From Erysipelotrichaceae bacterium (GTDB taxonomy: Bacteria; Bacillota_I; Bacilli_A; Erysipelotrichales; Coprobacillaceae), in assembly GCA_028698185.1 (NCBI GenBank), contig JAQVDW010000023.1, positions 1-29,333 on the forward strand: a stretch of DNA of 29,333 nt. The letters run 5' to 3'. This document shows positions 17,661-24,808 of the stretch, in pieces. How positions within the stretch are numbered: position 1 is the stretch's first letter; each line of letters starts with the position of its first letter. A model generated the notes under the pieces. The model was not told where the DNA came from. It saw nothing but the letters and a program-made list of their open reading frames with translations, and did not search any database. Both the position numbers and the translations under genes were made by a program.

Positions 17661-18258
17661 GGAACCTTCTTTGGATGTGGTTTGATTTTCCAGCAACATA
17701 TTCATAAAAGGGATTATTTGCGAGTGACAAGGAAACGTCAGCATATTGTGATGATTGTCGAATCCAGCACCGGCAATCATTATATTTGAAGTCAGTGAGA
17801 TTGAATACCGGGATACCTTATGCCATTTCTATAAACCATCCTAATCCATTAATTTCATTATCTCGAAATTCGATTTTGCAGGTCTTCATAACAGCGAGAC
17901 TGACATATTGCAACTTGGCGGCTATTGGACCGTTTCTGTTTGGATGCGGTGGGGCTATTGGACGCTTCGATAGCCCCAGCCTGGAGCAGTTATTCTTACT
18001 AGCGAAAAGACACAATCATTTTAAGCCGGCAAGGCAGGTGATTCTGCTGGTTTAATCATCCATCCTTATCTGATTCTTTCGTTTTACTGGTTGGATTGGT
18101 GGTTTTGCTGGTCTGGTTTAACTATTTGCAGTTTTACAAAAGGCGTATATGACTTCGTCGGGGCGATTGTCATTGAATCATACTCTTCATGTTTCGAATC
18201 GAAGAGACCCGGTTATAAGGGGACAAAAACACACAACAACCAGTTCAGGAGGCATTTT

Positions 18259-19461
18259 ATGGTTTACGATTATGCAACTAAAGTAAAGGGGACGCAGGGT
18301 AGTCCGATCCGTGATGCGATTGTAAAAGCCCAAGGGGAGGGCTTCATATCCTTCGCGGCCGGATTTCCCGATCCTCAGGCAATTCCGATGGAGAAATTGA
18401 GCCGGATCTCCCAGGAAGTCCTGGAAGAGTACGGAATTGAGGTGTTCCAGTATGGGGAAAGCATCGGGCGGGCTGAACTGCGCCAGCAGGCCCGTAAATT
18501 CATCAATATGGATTATGATGTGCTTAAAGAAGGTGATGATATCCTCGTCACTTCGGGTTCGACCCAGGGGCTTTATATAGCGTCAAAGATATTCCTCAAT
18601 GAAGGTGATGTTATTTTGAGCGAGGACCCGGCATTTTCCGGGGCGTTTGCATCATTCAGGTCGAACGGGGCAACCATCAGGGGGATCAGGATGGAGGAAG
18701 ATGGCGTCGATATTGCGGCACTGGAAGAAGCCATGGCCAGCGAACCGAAGCCAAAATTCTTCTACACCATTCCGAATTTCAATAATCCAACCGGTTATAC
18801 AACTTCATTTGAAAAGCGGAAAGCCATATACTGGTTGGCCAAGAAATACAATGTGATCATCCTTGAGGACAACCCTTATGGTTATCTGCGCTCTGCGGGG
18901 GAAGACCTGCCTGCAATCAAGACCTTTGACACGACCGGCCATGTTCTATATGCTGCCAGTCTATCAAAAATAATTTCACCGGGAATGCGTTGCGCCCTGC
19001 TGTGCGGGGCCAAGGAAATCATCGCCAAAGCGGTAATCCAGAAAAGCCTGATTGATTCTTCAACTCCAATCTGGAATCAATTGGTCATGGCCAAGTTTCT
19101 TGAGCAGACGGACATGCGTAATCATATCAGATATATCAGCGATATCTATGAGCGTAAATGCGAGTTGATGCATGAAACCATGGCGGCGACTTTCCATGAA
19201 GACGTCAAATATGGCAAGCCTGAAGGCGGGATGTTCATCTACTTTGAATTGCCCGACTACATCAATCTCCAGGACTTTGTCAACGAAGCGGCCAAGATGC
19301 ATATCGCGGTCGTTCCCGGAAGTGCGTTTTCCGTTGAACAGCCCCAAAGATGCAACGGCGTAAGAATAAATTTCTCGATTCCGACGGTGGACCAGATAAT
19401 CGACGGGATCACGAAAATCGGGGCTCTTACCCATCGGCTTTGCGGCGACCAGATAAATTAA
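18259..19461 (+). CDS. PLP-dependent aminotransferase, class I/II (ARO8/LysN/PatA-like)
   Basis: NNPTG and SLSKIISPGMR (PLP-lysine context). ATG at 18259 lies 6 nt after AGGAGG (18247-18252). The ORF-track extension to 18091 has no RBS and a non-protein-like sequence. Confidence 0.85.
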   Translation: MVYDYATKVKGTQGSPIRDAIVKAQGEGFISFAAGFPDPQAIPMEKLSRISQEVLEEYGIEVFQYGESIGRAELRQQARKFINMDYDVLKEGDDILVTSGSTQGLYIASKIFLNEGDVILSEDPAFSGAFASFRSNGATIRGIRMEEDGVDIAALEEAMASEPKPKFFYTIPNFNNPTGYTTSFEKRKAIYWLAKKYNVIILEDNPYGYLRSAGEDLPAIKTFDTTGHVLYAASLSKIISPGMRCALLCGAKEIIAKAVIQKSLIDSSTPIWNQLVMAKFLEQTDMRNHIRYISDIYERKCELMHETMAATFHEDVKYGKPEGGMFIYFELPDYINLQDFVNEAAKMHIAVVPGSAFSVEQPQRCNGVRINFSIPTVDQIIDGITKIGALTHRLCGDQIN

Positions 19462-19483
19462 AGACCTTTACCATCAGCTGAAC

Positions 19484-19525
19484 AAAAAAATGCTTAATTC
19501 AAATTCTTGAATTAAGCATTTTTTT
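19484..19525. terminator. bidirectional intrinsic terminator
   Basis: A7 run, TGCTTAATTCAA (19491-19502), loop ATTC, TTGAATTAAGCA (19507-19518), T7 run. The 12-bp stem is perfect. Confidence 0.75.
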
Positions 19526-19946
19526 AATCGAATAATTGATTCAGGCGGATGTAAGAAACAGTGCCGCTGAAACTCTTGGCTACCAATCCTTGTTCGATTA
19601 CGAAGAACTGCGGGCTGGTGCCGTCGGTTGTGGCAAATGTCGTCCGAATCCAAGCAGTCTGGTCTTCCATTGATTGGGTGTCCACATAATAGATCTTGGT
19701 TCCTGAATGTTCCTGCAGGAATGGTTCAACCACCTGGGTGATATATCCGCTCACATTCGTGTCGCTATAATCGCCAACAAGCACGACAAAGTCATCTTTG
19801 TTTTCAAGTTTGGCAGTAAGTTGGGTAGTTGTGATTGTCTTCACATCCTCATGGGTCAGGTTCCGGAAAATGAACAAGCCGAGGAATACTACAATAACCA
19901 AGCCAAAGATGCTGATCTCTCTGGCAAATTTCTTCACAAATTTCAT
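19524..19946 (-). CDS. hypothetical membrane-anchored protein (single N-terminal TM; thioredoxin-fold-like ectodomain without Cys)
   Basis: RBS GGAGG lies 6 nt upstream. There is one TM helix (ISIFGLVIVVFLGLFIF). I recognise no catalytic motif. Confidence 0.6.
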   Translation of the reverse strand: MKFVKKFAREISIFGLVIVVFLGLFIFRNLTHEDVKTITTTQLTAKLENKDDFVVLVGDYSDTNVSGYITQVVEPFLQEHSGTKIYYVDTQSMEDQTAWIRTTFATTDGTSPQFFVIEQGLVAKSFSGTVSYIRLNQLFD

Positions 19947-20054
19947 ATGATGCCTCCTGGGTTTTACCTGTATATTTTATCAAATAATGACGGTAAACTC
20001 AATATCTAAATGGAATATGGTTATCTATGGGGAAATTCTGGAGACTGTGGGAAA

Positions 20055-20082
20055 GAAAAAGGATAATACTTCTGTATTATCC
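20055..20082 (-). terminator. intrinsic terminator overlapping the 3' end of the HisC-family gene
   Basis: Minus strand reads GGATAATAC, loop AGAA, GTATTATCC, then T5. The stop codon lies in the stem. Confidence 0.6.
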
Positions 20083-21147
20083 CATGATGTCCTTCAAGGC
20101 ATTGACGAACTGTTCGTTTTGTTCCGGGCGTCCGATGCTTACGCGCAGGAACTCTCCAAATGGACGGAGCAATACGCCTTTCTGGTTCAAGTCGAGCATC
20201 AGCTGGTTTGGATCACGATCCGGTTTGAAGTAGATGAAGCTTGTGTATGATTTGACTACTTCGAAATCGTATTGGCATAAGGCATCATAAATGTAGTTGC
20301 GGCCTTGAGTGTTGTTGGCGATTGAACGGGCGATGTAGTCCTTGTCTTCCAAGGCGACCCTCACGGCTTTCAATACCAGGCGGTTAGGTGCGTAATTGAA
20401 TTCGAATTTATCCAAATGTTGGGCGATTGCTTCGTTGGCAATTGAGTAACCAAAACGCAATCCTGCAAGTGCGAAGAGCTTTGAGAACGTTCTTAAGACG
20501 ATTACCTTGTGGCTGTCGACAAACTGAACCGCGGATTCGAATGATTCATCATCAACCCAGTCAATGTAGGCTTCGTCGACGATAGTGATGACATGGTCAG
20601 GGACGTTGTCGAAATAATGATGCAATTCTTCATTGGTGATTTTCGCCCCGGTAGGGTTATTAGGATTGACGATACAAACCAGTTTGGTTTTTTCATTTAT
20701 GGCTTCAAGCATAGCTTTGGTATCGCAAGCATAATCTTTGGTCGGGATTTTAACCAGTTTGGCACCGAAACGGTTGGCCAACAGGCGATAGGCAACATAG
20801 CTAGGATCGGCGATGACGACTTCGTCCTCAGGGTTTAAGAAGATTTCATGAATTGCACAGATCAAAGAGCTGCTTCCGGCTCCCAAATTGATCTTGGTTG
20901 TTGGCAGGTTGTGATAGTCGGCGATCGCCTGACGGGTCAGCTCTGTTTCCTTTCCTGGATACAAATGCATATCTTTTAAAGCTTCACTCATTGCGGCAAC
21001 AACTTTTTCGCTAGGGCCAAGCATGTTTTCGTTGGCATTCAGTTTACAAAAAGGGATATCTGCAGGGGCTGCTGGCAGTGGCGTACCTCCAGGAGTATAT
21101 CCGACGGCATCTTCGATGTATTTTCTTAATAAGTGATTAACGTTCAT
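20077..21147 (-). CDS. HisC-family class-II aminotransferase (histidinol-phosphate aminotransferase-like)
   Basis: LNANENMLGPS, NPNNPTG, and RTFSKLFALAGLRFGY (PLP lysine). RBS is GGAGGG. The gene is not in a his operon, so substrate specificity is uncertain. Confidence 0.85.
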   Translation of the reverse strand: MNVNHLLRKYIEDAVGYTPGGTPLPAAPADIPFCKLNANENMLGPSEKVVAAMSEALKDMHLYPGKETELTRQAIADYHNLPTTKINLGAGSSSLICAIHEIFLNPEDEVVIADPSYVAYRLLANRFGAKLVKIPTKDYACDTKAMLEAINEKTKLVCIVNPNNPTGAKITNEELHHYFDNVPDHVITIVDEAYIDWVDDESFESAVQFVDSHKVIVLRTFSKLFALAGLRFGYSIANEAIAQHLDKFEFNYAPNRLVLKAVRVALEDKDYIARSIANNTQGRNYIYDALCQYDFEVVKSYTSFIYFKPDRDPNQLMLDLNQKGVLLRPFGEFLRVSIGRPEQNEQFVNALKDIMG

Positions 21148-21174
21148 AATTTACCCTCCATTGAACTCCTCTAA

Positions 21175-21203
21175 AATATACAACAATCAGCCAATAAAAT
21201 CAA
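21175..21203 (-). promoter_or_regulatory. putative sigma-A promoter of the HisC-family gene
   Basis: Minus strand reads TTGATT, 17 nt, TATATT. Confidence 0.4.
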
Positions 21204-21409
21204 TGAATTGTATACAACTTGTCGTAAAAAACAAGCCTTTTTTTGGTTTCCTTGCTTATAGAAAGAACCGCACCCATATATTTAATAATATTAAACGTGA
21301 TAGACGGGACAATCCCGCCCACTTTGATGAACCGGAGGCAGCGTGATGATTGTGGAAGCGGATTTTAATGCCGGCCAGGATCGGATCGTGGAGAAAAATC
21401 ATATTTCAG

Positions 21410-21438
21410 TTGTCAATTAAAGATGCATTTGGTAAAAT
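21410..21438 (+). promoter_or_regulatory. putative tRNA-operon promoter P0
   Basis: TTGTCA (21410-21415), 17 nt, TAAAAT (21433-21438), preceded by TGG. Confidence 0.4.
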
Positions 21439-21484
21439 GATTTTGTACTTGGATTCAGGGATTTGAATTTTTTCTTAAAAACTA

Positions 21485-21513
21485 TTGCATTTGAAAAAGA
21501 TCTAGTGTATATT
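21485..21513 (+). promoter_or_regulatory. putative tRNA-operon promoter P1
   Basis: TTGCAT (21485-21490), 17 nt, TATATT (21508-21513). Confidence 0.45.
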
Positions 21514-21587
21514 GATATAGCGCCTTAACCAAGGGGTCTTGAAAGATTCAAGATCGAAACCCTTGAGAAAAAAGTTTTAAAAAGTTC

Positions 21588-21616
21588 TTGACTTTGCGGT
21601 TGAGAATTGGTAATAT
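21588..21616 (+). promoter_or_regulatory. putative tRNA-operon promoter P2
   Basis: TTGACT (21588-21593), 17 nt, TAATAT (21611-21616). It lies 20 nt upstream of tRNA-Val. Confidence 0.55.
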
Positions 21617-21636
21617 ATCAGGGTAGCAAAAAACAC

Positions 21637-21712
21637 GGGGGTTTAGCTCAGTTGGGAGAGCATCTGCCTTACAAGCAGAGGGTCAGCGGTTCGAGCCCGT
21701 TAACCCCCACCA
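21637..21712 (+). tRNA. tRNA-Val (anticodon UAC)
   Basis: Cloverleaf folded by hand. Acceptor GGGGGTT/AACCCCC, anticodon stem TCTGC/GCAGA, loop CTTACAA, T-loop TTCGAGC, encoded CCA. Confidence 0.9.
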
Positions 21713-21733
21713 TTTATTATAACTACAAAAAAT

Positions 21734-21809
<76 letters not shown>

Positions 21810-21812
21810 TAT

Positions 21813-21896
21813 GGAGGAGTAGCGAAGTGGCCAAACGCGGCTGACTGTAACTCAGTTCCTTTCGGTTCGGTGGTTCGAATCCGCCCTCCTCCACCA
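21813..21896 (+). tRNA. tRNA-Tyr (anticodon GUA), class II with long variable arm
   Basis: Acceptor GGAGGAG/CTCCTCC, anticodon loop CTGTAAC, long variable arm, T-loop TTCGAAT, encoded CCA. Confidence 0.88.
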
Positions 21897-21901
21897 TTTA
21901 T

Positions 21902-21977
21902 TGGGGTATAGCCAAGCGGTAAGGCAACAGACTTTGACTCTGTCATTTCCCTGGTTCGAATCCAGGTACCCCAGCCA
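21902..21977 (+). tRNA. tRNA-Gln (anticodon UUG)
   Basis: Acceptor TGGGGTA/TACCCCA, anticodon stem ACAGA/TCTGT, loop CTTTGAC, encoded CCA. Confidence 0.88.
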
Positions 21978-21986
21978 ACTAATTTC

Positions 21987-22062
21987 GACCCGCTAGCTCA
22001 GTCGGTAGAGCATCTGACTTTTAATCAGAGGGTCAGGCGTTCGAGTCGCCTGCGGGTCACCA
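21987..22062 (+). tRNA. tRNA-Lys (anticodon UUU)
   Basis: Acceptor GACCCGC/GCGGGTC, anticodon stem TCTGA/TCAGA, loop CTTTTAA, encoded CCA. Confidence 0.9.
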
Positions 22063-22079
22063 TCTTAAATCAATTGTTT

Positions 22080-22168
22080 GCCCAGGTGGCGAAATTGGTA
22101 GACGCACAGGACTTAAAATCCTGCGGACCTTAAAATCCGTGACGGTTCGACTCCGTCTCTGGGCACCA
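22080..22168 (+). tRNA. tRNA-Leu (anticodon UAA), class II
   Basis: Acceptor GCCCAGG/TCTGGGC (one G-U pair), anticodon stem CAGGA/TCCTG, loop CTTAAAA, long variable arm, encoded CCA. Confidence 0.88.
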
Positions 22169-22177
22169 TCTATATAT

Positions 22178-22251
22178 GCGGGTGTAGTTCAATGGTAGAA
22201 CTTCAGCCTTCCAAGCTGACTACGTGGGTTCGATTCCCATCACCCGCTCCA
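22178..22251 (+). tRNA. tRNA-Gly (anticodon UCC), copy 1
   Basis: Acceptor GCGGGTG/CACCCGC, anticodon stem TCAGC/GCTGA, loop CTTCCAA, encoded CCA, 74 nt. Confidence 0.9.
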
Positions 22252-22277
22252 TTTAAAATTTAATATCTTCGCAATAT

Positions 22278-22351
22278 GCGGGTGTAGTTCAATGGTAGAA
22301 CTTCAGCCTTCCAAGCTGACTACGTGGGTTCGATTCCCATCACCCGCTCCA
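22278..22351 (+). tRNA. tRNA-Gly (anticodon UCC), copy 2
   Basis: Sequence identical to copy 1 by direct comparison. Confidence 0.9.
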
Positions 22352-22367
22352 ATTTATTTCCCATATT

Positions 22368-22441
22368 GCGGGTGTAGTTCAATGGTAGAACTTCAGCCTT
22401 CCAAGCTGACTACGTGGGTTCGATTCCCATCACCCGCTCCA
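22368..22441 (+). tRNA. tRNA-Gly (anticodon UCC), copy 3
   Basis: Sequence identical to copies 1 and 2 by direct comparison. Confidence 0.9.
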
Positions 22442-22445
22442 TTGC

Positions 22446-22521
22446 GCTTGAATAGCTCAGTTGGTAGAGCACTCGGCTGTTAACCGAGCGGTCGTAGGTT
22501 CGAGTCCTACTTCAAGCGCCA
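22446..22521 (+). tRNA. tRNA-Asn (anticodon GUU)
   Basis: Acceptor GCTTGAA/TTCAAGC, anticodon stem CTCGG/CCGAG, loop CTGTTAA, encoded CCA. It starts only 4 nt after tRNA-Gly copy 3. Confidence 0.88.
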
Positions 22522-22528
22522 TTTTATT

Positions 22529-22604
22529 GGCCCGTTGGAGAAACGGTTAACTCACATGCCTTTCACGCATGCATTCACGGGTTCGAATCCCGTACGGGTC
22601 ACCA
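22529..22604 (+). tRNA. tRNA-Glu (anticodon UUC)
   Basis: Acceptor GGCCCGT/ACGGGTC, anticodon stem CATGC/GCATG, loop CTTTCAC, encoded CCA. Confidence 0.88.
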
Positions 22605-22617
22605 TTTTAAAAATCAA

Positions 22618-22645
22618 CTCAAGTACCTGATTACTTGGGTTTTTT
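22618..22645 (+). terminator. intrinsic terminator after the tRNA cluster
   Basis: CTCAAGTA, loop CCTGAT, TACTTGGG, followed by T6. Confidence 0.7.
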
Positions 22646-22665
22646 ATTTATACGGAGGTGTCGCG

Positions 22666-23442
22666 ATGTTCGCTTTTGACTTGATTTGGCTGATTTTCAC
22701 TGGCCTGGCAGGTGCTTTTCCATTTGATTATGTCAGCATGGTCCTTATGGGGGCCAACTATTCTGGATATTTAAGTGTCGGTTTGAATCCGATGAGCGTG
22801 GTGCTGCTGATGGTGGTCGGATTGTTTGTCGGTCTGCTTGCCCGAAGCACCAATCTGTTGCGCTCTATGCGGGCTTCAAATGGCGACGTTACTAGCGGTA
22901 TGTTCGGAGCGCTGTTTGTAGCTGGCTTGATCAGCCTGGTTTGTTATATGTTGCTTGGAAAACTTGGCTATTCGCTGAGTCTGGACAACCGCTATATTGG
23001 AATTGGCATGTTGTGCAATGCCATCTTGATCCTGGTGGGATCGATGGTCAAAAGAGGACGGAAGGAAACCGATTCAATCAAGGTCCAGGATGGCCTGTTC
23101 ATCGGAGCGGCTTCTTTGCTGGCGTTTTTTCCCGGTGCTTCCTTCCTGGCGGCCTTGTTTGTGCTTTTGCGCCTGCGCGGTTACAGTTACCGGGCGGTTG
23201 GCGAAATTTCAATCTTCGCCTTGATGATCAATGTCCTTACCTATATTTTCGCGTATTTGATCCTCTTCCCGGGGTATTTTGATTTCAACGGTTCTTTGGC
23301 ACTGGGTCTGATGATTGTCATCATTTCCTTTGTGATGGGCTTCTTGTCGACTTTTGGCTATGATCTCATATTGCAAAACCGGCTGCCCAAGCTTCTGGCT
23401 TTATTGAGTTTTGTGGCTGGGGTTTTGTTGGTGTTTTTCTGA
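22666..23442 (+). CDS. polytopic membrane protein, divergent UppP/BacA (undecaprenyl-diphosphatase) homologue with non-conserved catalytic motifs
   Basis: About 8 TM segments, 258 aa. By-eye alignment to the UppP hallmark region: DSIKVQDGLFIGAASLLAFFPGASFLAAL...YRAVGEISIFAL against D.I.Y.QA...G..Q.L.L.PG.SRSG.T...R.AA..FSF. RBS GGAGG lies 7 nt upstream. Confidence 0.5.
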   Translation: MFAFDLIWLIFTGLAGAFPFDYVSMVLMGANYSGYLSVGLNPMSVVLLMVVGLFVGLLARSTNLLRSMRASNGDVTSGMFGALFVAGLISLVCYMLLGKLGYSLSLDNRYIGIGMLCNAILILVGSMVKRGRKETDSIKVQDGLFIGAASLLAFFPGASFLAALFVLLRLRGYSYRAVGEISIFALMINVLTYIFAYLILFPGYFDFNGSLALGLMIVIISFVMGFLSTFGYDLILQNRLPKLLALLSFVAGVLLVFF

Positions 23443-23466
23443 TGGCAGGCAATCTGCCATTTTTTT
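23442..23466 (+). terminator. intrinsic terminator after the UppP-like gene
   Basis: ATGGCAG, loop GCAAT, CTGCCAT, followed by T6. Confidence 0.7.
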
Positions 23467-23479
23467 GTAGGATAAATTT

Positions 23480-23507
23480 AAAAAAGCTCCCATGTGATTC
23501 GGGGAGC
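23480..23507 (-). terminator. intrinsic terminator after trpS
   Basis: Minus strand reads GCTCCC, 10-nt loop, GGGAGC, followed by T6. Confidence 0.6.
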
Positions 23508-23513
23508 CTGGTG

Positions 23514-24500
23514 CTATTTGCGGATTGTGATACCTAGTTTGCGTTCGACTTTGGCAAGTTTCTTCTTGGCCAGGAATGAAGCTTTTTGCGCCCCTTGGTC
23601 CAACACTTTGGTGATGTAATCTCCTTTGATGATTTCCTTGTATTGGGTCTGGATCTTTTCCAGGCTTTCCCCAAGGATATTGGCCAGGTCTTTCTTGAAA
23701 TCGCCATAACCGCTGTCTTTGTATTTGTCTTCCAGTTCGCTGATTGGAATATTTGTCAGGGTCGTATAGATTTCCAGGAGGTTGGAGATTCCTGGCTTGT
23801 TTTCAGGGTCGTAGACAATCTTTCCGTCGGTATCCGTAACGGCTGACATGATTTTTTTCTTCGACACGTTGATGTCATCGAGAATGTAGATGCATCCCTT
23901 AGGGTTGTCTCCGGATTTCGACATCTTTTTGGTCGGATTCTGCAAGTCCATGATCTTGGCTCCGATTTTTGGTACAAGTGGCTCAGGCAGCTTGAATGTG
24001 TCGCTGTAGCGGCTGTTGAAGCGGATGGCGATATCGCGGGCCAGCTCGCAGTGTTGTTTCTGGTCGATTCCCACGGGAACATAGTCCGGATCGTACATCA
24101 GGATGTCGGCGGCCATCAATGAAGGATAGTTGAATATTCCTGCTCCGATGGATTCGCCTTTGGCCAGCTTGTCTTTGTACTGGGTCATGCGTGAGAGTTC
24201 CCCCATGGAAACCATGCATCCAAGATACCATCCCAGTTGGGCGTGTTCGAGGACGTCCGATTGCAAGAAAAGAGTCACCCTTTCTGGATCCAACCCGGCA
24301 GCCAGGTACAGGGCGATCAGGTTTTTGGTGTTTTCGCGCAATTCCTTGGGTTCGACATAGATGGTCATTGAATGTAAATTGGCAACAAAGACGAACATCT
24401 CGTATTCATCCTGATATTCCACAAAGGGTTTGATGGCACCTAAATAGTTTCCTAATGTCACGCTACCGGTTGGTTTAATTCCACTAAGCATTCTTTTCAT
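23514..24500 (-). CDS. trpS: tryptophan--tRNA ligase
   Basis: N-terminus SGIKPTGSVTLGNYLGA (class-I HIGH-region variant typical of TrpRS), KMSKS motif, 328 aa. RBS AAGGAG lies 7 nt upstream. Confidence 0.93.
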   Translation of the reverse strand: MKRMLSGIKPTGSVTLGNYLGAIKPFVEYQDEYEMFVFVANLHSMTIYVEPKELRENTKNLIALYLAAGLDPERVTLFLQSDVLEHAQLGWYLGCMVSMGELSRMTQYKDKLAKGESIGAGIFNYPSLMAADILMYDPDYVPVGIDQKQHCELARDIAIRFNSRYSDTFKLPEPLVPKIGAKIMDLQNPTKKMSKSGDNPKGCIYILDDINVSKKKIMSAVTDTDGKIVYDPENKPGISNLLEIYTTLTNIPISELEDKYKDSGYGDFKKDLANILGESLEKIQTQYKEIIKGDYITKVLDQGAQKASFLAKKKLAKVERKLGITIRK

Positions 24501-24808
24501 GATAGAATCTCCTTTAGACTGATTTCAAACAGTATAGCATAATTTTAATTTTTTTAACAGTGCCAAAAAAATCGGAATGTTGACAAATATGGCTTGAAAA
24601 TTGTCGGGAATTGGTGTATTTTAAAGTTGGACTTAAATATCGATAAAAGTCGAATTGTTGCGACCGTCGCCCGTTTATCCGGGATGTCGCGGGTTTAAAC
24701 AGACATAAGTTCATAAAAGAATTAATTTCTATATAAATGAGTCAAATGATCAAAAAAGCATTTTATTTGTATTTGATTCATGTAATAATATAACAAGGAG
24801 GGATTTTA

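Noticed and set aside
17786-18055. 89-aa plus-strand ORF, and the 65-aa minus-strand ORF at 17818-18015, in the long spacer.
   Set aside because: They have a TTG or weak start without an RBS, no recognisable motif, and overlap each other. The region is treated as non-coding or decayed (see the finding for 17661-18258).
18091-18258. N-terminal 56-aa extension of the aminotransferase ORF.
   Set aside because: The extension (MDWWFCWSGLTICSF...) is Trp/Cys-rich and non-protein-like. A perfect AGGAGG plus ATG occurs at 18247-18261, and the homologous aminotransferase sequence begins there.
21161-21346. 61-aa plus-strand ORF between the HisC-family gene and the tRNA cluster.
   Set aside because: It is AT-rich, lacks an RBS, and overlaps the promoter region of the divergent HisC-family gene.
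22178-22441. Three identical 74-nt repeats with short unique spacers, superficially CRISPR-like.
   Set aside because: Each repeat folds as a complete tRNA-Gly(UCC) cloverleaf with encoded CCA. The repeat length is far above CRISPR repeats, the spacers are only 16-26 nt, and there are no cas genes.
22292-22483. 63-aa ORF with an internally repeated peptide (MVELQPSKLTTWVRFPSPAP twice).
   Set aside because: It is simply the translation of tRNA-Gly copies 2 and 3 and the start of tRNA-Asn. It is not a gene.
22529-23513. A possible integrated element at the 3' end of the tRNA cluster (tRNA genes are common att sites).
   Set aside because: There is no integrase, and I found no direct repeat of any tRNA 3' end downstream. 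The single downstream gene is followed immediately by convergent trpS.
24514-24714. 66-aa minus-strand ORF upstream of trpS, and the expectation of a T-box riboswitch here.
   Set aside because: The ORF has no RBS and lies in the trpS 5' leader. I looked for the T-box core, a specifier loop with UGG, and a terminator/antiterminator pair on the trpS strand and could not find them by eye. A T-box is therefore not called. A covariance-model scan would be decisive.
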